A DNA stretch of 64,000 nt from Chrysomallon squamiferum (taxonomy: Eukaryota > Animalia > Mollusca). Shown piece after piece: positions 27,511-42,825 of this stretch. A program made the translations under genes and the position numbers. The notes under the pieces are model-generated. The model did no database searches, had not been told where the DNA came from, and saw only the letters and a list, made by a program, of their open reading frames with translations. The stretch's first letter is position 1; each line of letters opens with the position of its first letter. The DNA is taken from positions 29,264,001 through 29,328,000 of the forward strand of contig CM022672.1 in assembly GCA_012295275.1 (NCBI GenBank), written 5' to 3'.

Positions 27511-29159
27511 ATTACAAAACCAGTTGTAAGTAGTGTATTTAATATTAGGATAGGGATTTTTCATGCACATATTATACAGCACAGTAAAATACTATACCAA
27601 AGTATACAAAACAATACAGTACAAAAATGCCGTTAATAATAATAAGAAGAAAAACAACAACAATAAATATAATAATAATAATAATAATAATAAAGTGTAC
27701 CATATCTTACCATATCATACACATGCGTTACGTACATACTTACATACATGCAGACATATTTGCATTTCAGTGAAGAAAAGAACACACATCGCAAACTTTG
27801 ATATATGTGTTTAGCAGCCAGCTTGAAAACAAAACAAACTTCTATAGAAGCCTCTCTGTTGATTACGTCTTACATGACAGTTCTAACAACTAGATGCATA
27901 ACATTGTCATAACGACAGCTGACATACTGTAAAACAGGACCACACTTTAGTTGTCCATTGTACAAAACTCGGTTATTTAGATTGACATTCTGCTCCACTC
28001 AAAGCCGACATTTGGTTAAACTGACCGTTTTTCACATACTTGTAACACAAACAGTGAGAATGTTTCAAATGTAGGTGAATTTAGTATGTATGTATTTATC
28101 TATATATCTATCTATCTATCTTTCTGCCTATCTTTCTATATGCTATCTATATGTATGCATGTATGTATGTATATATATATATATCCAAGTAAATAAATAA
28201 TAATTATGAGTACGCGTGTATTTATACATGCATGTATGTGTGTAAATACCAGACGTTGTTGTGCACGTAGTCGCAGACGTAGCGAACAACGTAACGTACA
28301 CATCGTTCATTACTGCAACAACTAAAAGTGTGCTGACCACTATTTCAATAAGTGCATAGTCACGGAAACTATAGTCATTTCACAAACTTGTTTATAAAAT
28401 TAAATAATTATGATTAACTAACTTAAATACGATTTTCACAAACCAGTTACGTGCAATACTTTTTATACATAAATTATATGAGTACTTATAATGTGTGCCT
28501 TATTTGATCATTATTATTTTTTTTTAATTCTTATATCAGATACACCCAGGAATGATCAAACAACTAATTTTAAAGCTTACTACTAATCTCACCACTTGTC
28601 GTAACTCTCCACGGCTTAATAGTGATGTACGCATGCTCTGTTACAGGGAACAATACAGGGAACTCAGTATGTACATTGCTTCATGACCTCAGCAGTAAAC
28701 ACAGTTGTAAAATAAATGTGTTTTGTAAGTGCACACCACTTTCACCTTGAATATTTATTTGGTAAATATTGGCATGTGTCCCTTCACGGTCAGGCCCGCC
28801 ACATCAAACCGGCTCGTGTCTAACGCATCGGGAATGTCCGGTCGCTATCGGGGTTTTCCGTGCTAAATGCAGTTCATTGTGTCGGTAAACAATGGCGCGG
28901 GAACGGAAACCATGTGTAGATAGTTTCGTGGTCTGTGATGCTTCCTGTGAGGAAATGACGTTCACTCCGATATCTTCCGTTTTCCTGAGTGCCATAATCA
29001 CGTGACTGTACCGACAAACAAACGAAAATTACTGACGTTTGAAGTTATAAAAGCGATAATGTTACATTGATCTTATGTTTTTATTAGTTCGCTAGAAAAG
29101 ATTTTTATAGTAGATATCCAGCTTTGACAAATGATATCCATCTTTTTTTTTATCTATCC

Positions 29160-29262
<103 letters not shown>

Positions 29263-30313
29263 GTGTGTCTTTCTCTCTTTCCGTCTCCCTCTTACTTACA
29301 ATCTCTCATTTGTAATACATCAACATTTTCAGACTGCAATATTATCAATTCATTTTATTAATCAGACAGTCTCTGTGTAACAAATCAGTGCAGTGGGAAG
29401 GAAATAGCACAGACAACATCAATACAGATTTATTTTTAAATAACCACGTCTCATTATAACGAAATTTGTCATGACCAGCTTGTGCAGTGAGTCATCTTCT
29501 TAGAAGAATGCATAAGCCGTATATATATATATATTTACTTATTACTTCATACCGGATAGATGCTTTAACGGTACTGGAAAAAGATGCGTGTAACAAATGG
29601 GAGAATACCAAATGCATCAGTTTGTTGGGAAAGACAGAAAAGAATAATAAATATATGAGAATTACTTAAATACCTAAACTTAATAAAAATAAATACTTAA
29701 AAAATGAATAAATAAATAAATTAATAACAAACGAACGAACGAATGAATGAAGGAATAGATAGATAAAAGGTAAATAAATAAAATCATATTAAAACAAAAA
29801 GGACAGTTATACCAAATCATTCACATTTTGGAAATAATTATAAGAAATTAAAATAGACCATTGCAAAATAAGTATATTACTGCTACTATTTTTGCTACGG
29901 CTACTTCCACCACCTAATATTTAATACTATATTTACCGATCATTAATAATTTAATATAGATTTATTTATTAACACGAACAAATATTAGAACGTTTACGGT
30001 AAACAGTAGCAGACGCCAACACTCGACAGATACAAGTAAATCATCGGTGACGGGTTTGGCGGGAATAGTGAATTCCACAAAGTATGGCGCTGGGAAGGAA
30101 GTCGCAAACTGTTTTTTTAATCTTCATTCCAGATATCTGCAGTAAACTAGTGTTCCAGATATCTGCAGTAAACTAGTGTTCCAGACTGGCGACTGAATTT
30201 CGTTTCAAGGCGAGGCATGATATACGCCTTTTTAAAATTTGTTTATTATTAACAACAATAATAACAACAACAACACCACTACCTGCACCACCACCACCAC
30301 TACCTGCACCACC

Positions 30314-30345
<32 letters not shown>

Positions 30346-30681
30346 CAACAATAATAATAATAATAATAATAATAAGTTTGATGAATTCATATATTTTAAA
30401 ACGTTAATCGGAAATATTCTTTTTATTTTTTTTTATTTTACTTTACTTTATTTTATTTTTTTATTTATTTATTTTACTATAACTGGACAGCTAAAGGTAA
30501 AGATATAAAAACAGTAAAATCAAATGCTGTACTTCACCAAGAAATCATAACAATAAAACTAATAGTTACAACAGCTACAACATCTACTACTACAACAGTT
30601 AAAAAACACAAAACCATTTTGTTCCCTTAAAATATAAATAATAATAATCATTCAGTCTACTGAAATAATAACAACAAAGAA

Positions 30682-30759
<78 letters not shown>

Positions 30760-30788
30760 TTCATAGCATTTCGACCAGTTCTGGGGGG

Positions 30789-30882
30789 ATGACATAAAGA
30801 AGCTTCCTCAAAAATGGCGAAAAGTTGTGGAACAAAATCGCGCGCGTTTATACAAATATCTTTGAATTTCAATGAGATATGC
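30789..30882. repeat. Dispersed ~100-bp repeat, copy 2
   Basis: Direct-orientation match to 25714-25820. Confidence 0.85.
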
Positions 30883-31954
30883 AAAAAGACAACAGAAAAC
30901 CAAGACACATGGGTGGTCATTTCTTTGTGTTTTATCAGTCAGACAACCAGTAGTTTAGATAGCACATCAGTCTCTCGCAGATAAGTAAATATATAACTTA
31001 CCACATCTTGACAAGGTTCATATTGTAAATATATCATGTTAGAATCCACAGACCCGAGAACGCTGGTTTTCACTGATAGAATACACTTGAAATCAAATTT
31101 TTAAAAAATCAAATGTTTTTAAATAATAATAAAAAATAATCAAATGAATTAGTATTTCTGATAACATAAATTACGACTCTTTTTTTTCTTGGAAAAAAGA
31201 AAACATAAAAAAAAAGTTTTTATAGTAAAACAAACAAAAAAAAAAAAATAAAATTAAGTTTGCGAATCGCCAGCTTTGTTTACATTTCTGATAAATCTTG
31301 AAATACTTGGAAAAAGCAGAAAGATAAAAATAATTTTGTTTCTGAATACGGCGAATTGTTTTAATTAATTTTGATAACACAAAGAATTTTATACTTTCTG
31401 CGCTAAACAAAAAAAAAAAAAAAAAAAAAAATATATAAATAAAAAATAAAATAAAATTAGAAAAAGAAGAAAGGGAAACCAGAAAAAAATAATGAATGGT
31501 GGTAGTAAAGAATTGCGTAGTGTAGGTATTTTGCAGAAAGGTTACATAGCTTTCTTAGTATTTTGTTTCAATTTCTTTTTTCTATCTAAACTTGTGTTAA
31601 GCTGTATGTAACTGTTTTATGTATTTGTTAATTGCTTTATCTATCTCAGTATTGAGAGATCAGAGGTCGATTCTGGTCAGTGGACGTGTTAATCTATTTC
31701 CCGATAAAACAACTACAACAAAAATAAAATAAATAAATAAATAAAATACAATAATACAAATCAATACCTGACATAATAACGCTGATTATGATTATAGTGT
31801 AGTAGTGAACTGGGTAATAATACTGTTGTTATTTTTATTATTTCTAAAGTGAAAAGTTAGGTTACAATATTTATTATTTACAAATATACATACACATTTC
31901 TGTGTCATGTGCGTATATAGGTATTTACTAGTTGAAATAAAAATATGATAAATA

Positions 31955-32065
31955 GTTCGCTTTCAGCCCTAACTATTAAATTATCAAAAGCTGTGGAATG
32001 TGCATTCTTGTCTAAGGGAAATTATATTACAGAAGGTTCCTTGTTGTTAATTAAAAGTGAGTATG
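31955..32065 (+). mobile_element. Degenerate SINE central-domain remnant, same family
   Basis: caaaagctgtggaatgtgcattcttgtctaagggaa...gttccttgttgttaatt; a possible head fragment lies at 31655-31705. Confidence 0.5.
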
Positions 32066-32793
32066 ACGTCATTAATGAAAATATGACGTTTTATAACCTG
32101 TATTAAACTATACTGAGTCCCTCTTTGCAAAATAATTTTATCTTTCTTAGAGAACCATCTTGTAAACGTATCAGGCTGTTATGATGTTAACGAAATAGGT
32201 TACAATTTGTTGACAAAAACGTGTAACCCAAATAAACCAGTGGTTCAGTTTATTTTGCGTCTCAACGTGTTTTGCTAGTAATGTAATTTAAGACAAAGAC
32301 ATCATTCTCTAGGAATGCTTTAAAAGCTAAAGTCTTAACTTCTGTTTTTATTACCATTTCCCAGCAACCCAGTTCCAGCAAGCATTTTAGTTTCTTCACC
32401 GATATCCATAGCAACCGTCAGTTTCCAGTTTTCCAAATCAACTTTTAAATTCACGCATCAGTTACTCTGACATATAAAACTAAACGACCTTTCATTCATG
32501 CGTTTGATGAGCAAGATTAAAGGGGCGATAACCCCGCGTCTGAACGTTATCTCGTGATGTTCCGATTCCGCATGCAAACGTGACTGTCTCATTTGTAAAA
32601 GAGAGGTCACGCCTGCATCAAAGTTTTTTTCTTGTATTTTTTCTTTCTGCAGACGAGAAAGTGCAAATGCAACCACCAGACGCTGTAACAATGTATGGAG
32701 CCCGCGAAAGTGCATGGAGCCCGCGAAAGTGCCTGTCTGCTGCAATGTGTGCAAAGTGCAGCTGATTTTTCTGCTTCTGTGCGCTGTCAGTTT

Positions 32794-32968
<175 letters not shown>

Positions 32969-34469
32969 GACATAGAACACACATTTATCTATATTGTCAT
33001 TAGAAATGTAGCTAGCTACATGACATCATTATAACAGAGAACTGTTGCGTTAAAAAGAAAAAAACAAAAACAAAGACACAAACAACAACAAAAAAATACA
33101 GCGGCAACATACAAACGAACAAAATAAGTAAATAAATTAATACATAAAAAATATTTGAAAAAAAGAAAGAAGATTAAAATATACATATATAACTCGCATC
33201 TTCTACTTCAATAAACACATCGCAGGGTGCAGCCATGAATAGAGGCAGATGAAAAACACATTAGAATCTTGGATGCTAAAAGTTTAAAGACATTTACGAG
33301 AAATAACATAATGCATCGACGGCTGTATTCTTTCAAGTTTTAAATCATGTTTGACATTTAGTGCATCAGTCTTTTACATCACAGCTGTGTGTTTAACCAT
33401 TAGAACTGTTACGTCTGTACGTCGTCAATGACAACTGCGTTATACGTCATCGCTGTTGTGCTTTTAAGTCTGTACTTAGAAACGATTGGTCGCCATATTT
33501 AATTCTCAGTGAAATAGATGAATTTGCAAAGACAGAGAAAGAAAACGGGCCCTGGTCCAAAACAGTCTGATGGTAGCTTTTATCAGGAAGAGATCTTTAA
33601 CATGCTCTTTGAATTAAAACATGAAAAAGGCGGATCCAGGAATCTGATAAGGAGAGGTGATTAACAGGAAATCTTGTGTCATTATTTCCTAATCACTGTT
33701 TCCAGGATTAGAACACCTTGACAGTCAGAAAGTATACGCATGCTCAGATACACACCGTCTATTCAGCTTCTTAGATAAAACAAAGAATATGTAAACATTT
33801 ATATGTAAATTAGTATATTCTGGTAAATTACGGACTATCATTAAATGAGAGGGATCTTTTTTCATTTGTGTTCATTAGCATTCAGTCGCGCTGCTCCAAA
33901 ACTCCTGTTCATCTGTCTTCGCTGGCTGAGAACTAAGTGGCAGGGAATAATGACGAAGGTTGGCAAGCGCTACATGGCGTGTTACCTCATACTAGCTGGC
34001 GTTTTTCAAACCTGTGAACTTTGACAGTCGATAATTTCGTATGTTTATTCTCAAAATTCTGCCAAATCATGTTGTATCTTTAACATAGCCTCTTTTTGTT
34101 AGCTTATCATTTTCTTTCTTTTTTTATACTCAGCATTCATAATGCGTGCCAAAATAAGAAGAGGGAAAAATATCAACAGGAAAACAGAAATGTTTATGAT
34201 TCTATGCATTAGCGGATCAGAGGTTGTTTTGTGTTTATTAACATCTTGAATCAGATGAGACAGATAGATATAGAAGATGAAATGAGTAGCGTAGAGTAGT
34301 TTATTATTTTAAAACAGCCCAAGGTGTAATATGCCCCGATTTCAATGATCCATGGTGCGTCTAATGGGCTTTTTCCCGTTCCAGAAAGTATGCAAAGGTC
34401 TTCCGCATGTTAACGTAAAACATTCCCTGATGGTCATCAATAATAATGACGATGATGATGATGATGATG

Positions 34470-34538
<69 letters not shown>

Positions 34539-35494
34539 GTAATAGTAATAATAATAAGACTTATAATATTAATTAGGCACAAAACACACGGGACTCAGTG
34601 TACCCCGAATTTTTATTTTTATTATTTCTTTCTTTTCAAATGTGTAAAGCTGATACCTCTATTTCTGTGTAATATTTCTCAAGTTATTGTTATTATACTA
34701 AGATGGTATTCTTATTATTTTTCTGTTTTTTAAAATGTTTTTATCGAAATAATGCTTTTCAAAGGGTGGAGCTATTTCGCGATAAAGAAATGACGAGACA
34801 AAACAGTTTATTGCAAAGATAATCTAAATCGAAAGACTTCAAATGTAACAATTACAGTTAAATAGCTAAAGACGCAACAAAGCATTTCAAATACTGATAA
34901 AATCGAACATCAAGAGCCAAAGGAAAAACAAAATACAATAATAATAAAAAGAAGAAGAAGAGAAGAAGAAAAACGTTTATCAACGAACAAAAGGCATGTT
35001 GCGTTATATAATCTGTTTTCAGAAAGGAAAGTTTTGCAAATTTTGAGGAATGCATTTTACCAGCATTCTGCACGTGCTGAGTGCGCGCTTTTAATGCTAC
35101 GTCTGCTACTTGTGCGCTCAGCTGGCGGGCATTAGTTGGAAGTGGTTGTTGACCCGACATTCACGTTGATCACGTTATCGCTGACGTGTACTTGAAGTAG
35201 AGGATAGAGAGGAACATATGATATAAAGGAGCATGAGTAAAATAATAATATACATATTAAACTACGCACCAGGTCTATATCCATGTCATCATCATCATGC
35301 TTAATTCGTTTTATCATTATCGTCGTTATTTTAAAAACTTATATATATATATATTAACCAAATCCATTTTGAATATAAATTTAAAAAATAATAATAAAAT
35401 AAGGCATACGTTAATCGTACTTATATAAGAGAGAAACGATGTTTTTATTTCATTTACTTTGTGTTATTCCTGTTATGAAATGTTAAATATGTTT

Positions 35495-35540
<46 letters not shown>

Positions 35541-36634
35541 TAAATAAATAAATAAATAAATAAATAAAATACTGATCAAATTTTATTTCATCAAACTTGA
35601 TGGTCGTACAGATTACATTAATGTCTTATAGGTTCTTTTTGTGTTATTAAAAAAGTACTACTCTCTAATGTATGTATATTAATATACACACACAGACAGA
35701 CAGACAGAAAGACACACATATTAAAATTTAAACTCTCTCATGTTTTTTCACTGGACTAGTCTAATAACACTGTATAGGTTTACTTTTCAGGTTTAGAAAC
35801 GTTGTAATAACTGGGTCAAATGAAAAAAAACTGAGTAAATTCTTATAAACAGTAATCACTTCCTATAATATGGACGAAAATAAATAAATAAATAAGAAAG
35901 TAAAGAAATGAATATGCAAATCTATAAGCAAATAAATTGAAATTAAATATATATAAGAAAATAAATAAATGACTATAAATCATGATACCTATAAAATAAA
36001 GTTAAAAAATGATATCAAAATAAAAAATAAAAAAAAATAGAAAGAAAGAAAAAAGATATACAAAAAATAAGAAACAAATATAAATAACTAAAGTTCAAAG
36101 AATATTCTCTTTTTAAGAATACTGGGATCTTTGATAAAAAGTCAAAGGTAAATATATTTAAAATGATAGGACGAAAAAAACGGTGCATAAGCTCAAGTGA
36201 TTAAATGAATTATTACATAACGCTGATTCCAGAAACTCTTAACATCTGTTTTTCCTATCCCACACATCCATTATAAATTCATCAAAACCTGCTCTAACGA
36301 TAGTACCCATTATGACTGAACTAGACTTGCTTCGGGCAGTTGGATTAAAATAACGTAACCATTCCAGTATTTTCTTTTCTTCTCGGCTTTTTCTTTCCTT
36401 TTCTATTAACTACTAGTATACATTTTTTAAATCATAACTTGTCTCAGTTATTAATGTGTTTTTTTATTGCTATTGTTGTTGTTGTTATTATCATTACTTT
36501 TATTATTGTTGTTAATTAAATATTTATTTATTTAACTTTATAATAGGCATGAAATGTTCATGTTGCAAAACACACATTAAGCATATTCTTTGATCTCTTC
36601 ATTAGAAACTTTTTAAAATAATAATAACAATAAC

Positions 36635-36699
<65 letters not shown>

Positions 36700-39600
36700 T
36701 AATAACAACAACAATAAATAAATAAATAAATTAATTAAAAGATGATAGTGATGTTATAGCAAAATTTAAACTGAACTTGTTCAAGCACTGTTGAAGGATG
36801 TGGGTGAAAATGTAGCCTCAAACCAGGATTATGATACAGCAATGAACTAGACGTGTTGAAGTTAAAGATAATATTGTAGACTGGAACCACACTGTGGACG
36901 TGTTCTGTCTCTCTGTAATGTTTATTCTACAAGTTTTTATCGCTCTCCTGCACCTAACAGGTCTTGTTGATGCGTCTGTGTCCAAACATTGATATGAGTT
37001 AGCTTTACCAACCAGGATTTGTTTCTAAACACAGTAACAAGAAAAGCAAATATCGTGCCATCGTTTTCTGCTTTTTCGTTCAAATGTGGTTAATATTTTT
37101 GTGTACAGGCTATGCAGTTTGCACGTGGGGAGAGTTATAAATAAATAATCAATAATTGCGCAAGCGGTAGAGATTTCACGTCTGGTTATGACGTAAAATG
37201 CTTAACAAGCTTTCTGCTTTTCGGGAGAGTTTTTGGGGTCCCTGACAAAAGAATAACAGTGTTGTTTTGTTTTGTTTCACTCATCAAAACAATAATAAAC
37301 TAAACGTAAGCAATTATTATGTATAATAATCTAATTTTCTTGGTTCAAATTCCCTAATATTCAAATATAACTTTTTTCTTTCTTTGTTCTTAATTATCTC
37401 ACTTTAAATTCTTTATAGAGATGTTGTTTTGTGTGTTTGTTTTTTTTGGTTCTCCGTCCCATTTTCTTTCATATTTTTATTTACCTTATTTATTAACATA
37501 GCTAAATTTGGTTTTGTTTGTATGTTAACGAGTAAAACTTTTCTAATGTCTGTTTCTGAAAATTTCTTCTTTTCCCACTTCACCGACAAGAACCAGGACA
37601 AAAACCAACACTAGGAAATGGAAATAAGAAAAGCAGGTCCCACTATTCACTGACGTACAGTGGCATACACATTCTAGGATGTATGTACGCATGCGCAGTA
37701 CATGCTTCGAGTACCAGTAAAATTGAGCTAGACCAGTTATCTAGATACTTTTTCATTTTGACATTATTGTATTTATCCGAAATTTTATTAAATTTGTTTA
37801 AAATAAAACGCTACAAGATGTTGTGTTTTAAAAGCCTTAAAACAACCAAATGCTATGTTAATCGAGCTTTAAAACGAAACTCCCCAAAACAGTACAAAGC
37901 ACATAAACCAAACAAAAAATTAAATAATAATAATAATAATAAGAGTTATGTACATAGTTAAAGTAAGTGTTTATAAAAATAGTGCGTAGTTTAAATCTTT
38001 CATTCAAAAATGTTTGTTATGAGTTCACACTGACAGTTACTTTCAGTTCACAAACTTTTCAGCAAGTCATTAAATTAGCAAGAAAAGTTTTTGGCATCGC
38101 TAGCAATTTTGTTTTTTCACCTGACATTTACAGCATAGAGTTCTAAGCTTTAGAATTCTTCTCCATTTTTATTTTTTATTTTATTTTTGTCTGTCTGACT
38201 GACTGTTTGTTTCTTATTGCTGTTATTGTCATCGTCATCATTATCATTATTAATATTATTATTATTATCATGATCACCATCATCATCATCGTCATAATAA
38301 TCATCATTATTATTGCTGTAGTTCTTGTCGTCGTTGTTGTTATTATTATTATTATTATTATAGTATAGCTACTTTTAATATTACTACTACTGTCACTGCT
38401 GCTGCTACTGCTACTACTGTAACTACTACTGCTATTATTATTTTAAGGGAATCAGCTGTTGTTTGCCGCTGTGCCAACACGTGTCCGATCTGGAGAACTG
38501 TAACATGCTTAAATCCTGCAGCGAATTTTCCTAGCGTTACTTTACATCAAGCAAACAACAGTGCTGTCGTTGTCGATGCAGAACAGCTGCAAAACTACAA
38601 ACGCTAATAGATCTAATTACGGGAACCCTTCCATTCCATCTGCAAAGACTGACCCTAGAATATATATATATATAGAAGTATCTTTATGGCGACAGTTAGT
38701 TAAAAGAAGAAATTCCAGAGAATTAGTTTGGTTGCTGCATAGTTTATCATTTGTTTAGTGTTTCTGACGTTTATTTAATATATATGTGTGTTTGTGTGAG
38801 TGTGTGTGTGCGCGCGAATATAATAAATAAATCTGAAAAAAGAAAAAGAAAAATACTTCTTTTTTATAATTTAAAAAAAAGAGAGATAATTTCTTTCTTT
38901 ATTGCTACAATTCGTGCAATTCGGATGAATGTAATATTTCACATTTCGTTTCTTATCTTCTTAAACGCAGCTTGTATTCATTACTAGTGTTGTCGTAAAT
39001 TCTGCAGATGTTAGACAGATCTCGTTTCTGATCATTTTAAAAAGACAAACTTCTGACAAACAGCGCCTCTCTAACCGCAGTCACATGTTTCATTTCGCAG
39101 AAAGAACTATTTCCCACTGAGCGTGCGTAATGTTACGTCGTTTTCTAGAAATACCTGCTACGTGATCAGGTGCATAAATTAGTTTCTAGTTCCAACGACA
39201 CATATATTCAATTAGGTTTCAGAGAGAGCATGCGCTGTATTATAATATTATATTGCCTACTGGGTAATTTTGGATTAATTCCTAGAGTACATGCACAGTA
39301 TAACATTGTCTTTTAGATATATTTTGAGTCAGTTCATGGATCGCATGCGCAATATTATGTCGTCTGCTTCATTCGATTTCAGTCAGGTCTAGCGAGCATG
39401 CGCCAATTACATTTCTTATCAATTAATCAAAAAAGGGGTGGGGGGAGTGGAAGAAGACTCGTGCTATGTTGAGTGTCAGTTCGTGTTAAGATAAATAATG
39501 TTATTTATATCGTATTGGATTAGATTTCATTACACTCCAGTCACACACACTGTGATATAAACGATGTCATGAATAGTTTCATCTCTCTCTTCCTCTCTTT

Positions 39601-40490
39601 CTCTCTCTCTCTGTCTGTAGGTCTGTCCATCTAAAAGTGGTAATATTCAGATCTTTATATATATATATATCTGATGATTAATGAAAGGGAAGTAGGTTTC
39701 CGCTAGCGACGACTATTATTTAAGATGAGTAACAAAGGATCGTTGTTTGTATAAACACACACACAAACACATACACACATATACACACACATACACACAT
39801 ATACAAACACATACACACACAACCATACACACACATAAACATACACACACAAACATACATACACACACATACACACACAAACACACACCATGATGTAACG
39901 TCATCTACTACTGTTAATATTGTAACCACTGAGAAATGATTGTGTGAATAGCAACCCAAATGCCACGTCATTTTACACTAAAAATGTACTTCTGCTTTCA
40001 ACTCGAGTTATTATTTGTACAATGACGCGAAGAATTCTACAAATGTTGATGCTTAAGAACTTTTAAGTCAAATCTGTTTCTCTCCCTCCTTTCGAAACAC
40101 GATACCCTAATTCCATCAGACACTCGCGGACGTCGTACTGCAGCTGTTAAAACTTGAACAACGACGGCAATGCGTTTTTTTTTTAATGTAAATTAACGCT
40201 AGAAAAATTCGCTGCAGGATTTTGCATGTTGCATTTGTCTTCATGTGTTTCAGATTAAATTTCACGTGAACCCATAGTTGCGAGAGATTTAACAACCTTT
40301 TTTTTTTCTTTGCTGTAAATTTTACGTTTATTATGACCCCATTCCTTAATAAATTACATATAATTGCTGTATGACGAAAGAACACGATTATACATTGGCT
40401 GGTATTTAAAATTTTTTTTTTTTTTTTTTTTACTTACTTAGTTTTTTCTTGCTCCGTTACTCTCTGTACTTATTTCTAATACAAAAATAA

Positions 40491-40556
<66 letters not shown>

Positions 40557-40900
40557 TAGTTTGAAGTGAAGTTCTATCTGTTTCACATCGTCGACATTTC
40601 TTTTACAACCATTAATCTACGACGTCATAATGTCAAAAAAATCTTTTCTTCATGTAAAAAATACCTATCTTACGGAAAGTCTGTAAATAACACTGAAAAA
40701 AGTTCAAACAGCCGATGATAGACATTTAAGTGATGTATCATTAAATAAATATTTGAAATTAAACATTATCTAGCTAATCCGGTAAATAAATCTGTCACTG
40801 CATAATATTATTTTCCACAGTTCCTACTACAGCTACTACTTCTATTATTGTTACTGCTACAATAAATACTACTAGTGTTGCTAATACTATTACTATAATA

Positions 40901-40952
<52 letters not shown>

Positions 40953-41289
40953 TTTTTATTATTATTATTATTATTATTTTGTCACTGCCTTTTGTTTTCG
41001 TTACTAAAAATAAAAAATATTTTATTTCTGACAGGAAACGATTCTGTTTATTTTTCCAGTAACGAAGCTAATATATTCTTCAATTATTGTTCTCCTTCAC
41101 AGAACTACCCACACCCACGACGTCACTCTGTGAGTTCATCACGCTGGTGGGGAAAACATCTATCATCCATTAGCCGTCATGTCTAAAATTCCTCATAATA
41201 AGTGGACTCGGCCGCTTTCGTTTCGACATCCATCCAGTAGTATTCTTCCTTTTTCCTTCGCGAACCTCCCTCTACCCTCCCCATACCCT

Positions 41290-41883
41290 GCCTCTCCTTC
41301 TCGTTTTCCCAGAAGGGTTAATTATGTGATATTTAAACCGCTGAATGTATTTCTGTCAGAGACTGGCTTCAAGACTTCTCCACGTTAAACGAAAACTCGA
41401 TTAACGAAGCGTTAGAAAAGCTTGTGGTGCTGGCGAAAGACCGTGAAGCGAAGCCAAATCATCTTCCAGCGAGTTGCGGTGAATATTGGGATTTTTATTT
41501 TTTCTTCCTTCTTTTTGGCTCGTTTAGGTGTTAGATATCTTCTTCATCTGCATACCTTCTCTGAAAAAAGCAAAGAAAAAAGAAAAAAAAAAAAAAAGAA
41601 AAAAACAAATGTGAAATCAATCAAAGGAACATCGAGAAACTGTTAACTCAAGATTTCACTTCAAATGACAGTTGTTGGTTTTTTTCTTCTTGAAGCTTTC
41701 TCTTTTATGCGATCAAAATCGACAGCTTCTTCTTGTTTGATGCTTTTTAACTTTAAGAAAAAAATTCTTTGACATGAAGGCAGACATGTAATGTGTTAAT
41801 TTAAAGACTTTACAGCTGTTTTTTACATTTATGGTTTTTCCCTTCCGATTTTGGATTTGCCATTTACCTATTGATTTTGAAAG
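41290..41883 (+). promoter_or_regulatory. Putative proximal promoter / 5' UTR exon of CHST15-like
   Basis: Unique CpG-containing sequence ending in consensus donor AAG|gtaagt at 41884, about 900 nt upstream of the 42778 acceptor. The 5' boundary is approximate. Confidence 0.55.
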
Positions 41884-42825
41884 GTAAGTTAACATATTTA
41901 TCTCGTAGCTGTTGCTGACAGTGTCTCGGTGGAATCATCACACGCGAGGGGCAGAAAGAAGAATATAATAATGTTTATACAGTTTTCTATTCTAAGACAT
42001 AAAAACAAAAATAACTACACCAACTGCTTTAGCGAGAAAAACACCAGTACCACCACTACTCCATCACTGCAAAGAGCTACAACTACCACAACTACTGAAC
42101 TACAAACGTTATTTATTTTATAGCAGTTACCACCTTTACTGTTATTGTTGTTGTTGCAGCTAATATCCATTAGTACTACTACAGCATTGCTGTTGTTTAA
42201 ATACAACTACTACAACTTTTGTTGCTACAGCGACAGAATCAACACACAAAAAGCAGCACTAAAATAATAAATAAATAATGAAGAGCAAAGTAAATATATA
42301 AAACGCTAAGAATAAATTAAAAAAACGTATAATAAATAGTCAGATGAGATTGAAATATAAAATCATAAAAGACCATAGTCTTACAAAAAGGTCGTATAGT
42401 TTAAATATCACAGTCCAGTTTCACACCTAATGACAGAAGCTTAGTGTGGTAATATGACGTCACGTCATAGAAGATCAATTATATTAGTTCAGCAGATGTG
42501 TTCCTGTCTTTAGAATTTTATCTTCTTTTTCTTTCTTTCTTTTCTATCTTATTTATTTATTTATTAATAATAGAAACAGTTTATTTTATCATTCTTCAGC
42601 TAATTTTGCAATTATATTAGATTATATTATGATTCATAATTTCACACATTACATTATATTGTTTGTTTTGTTTATTATTATTATTATATTTTTTAATACT
42701 GTTATTGTTTTTGTTATCAAATATATATGTATACATTCATGTATATATAATTATTTAAATGTTCTTATTATTTAACAGACTGGTTTTGTGATGGTGGGCG
42801 TGGCTAGTTTTGTGATCGACAGTTG

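Noticed and set aside
30126-30185. Cloning-vector polylinker (EcoRV, PstI, SpeI sites)
   Set aside because: Only three hexamers in a duplicated 26-mer, with no flanking vector sequence.
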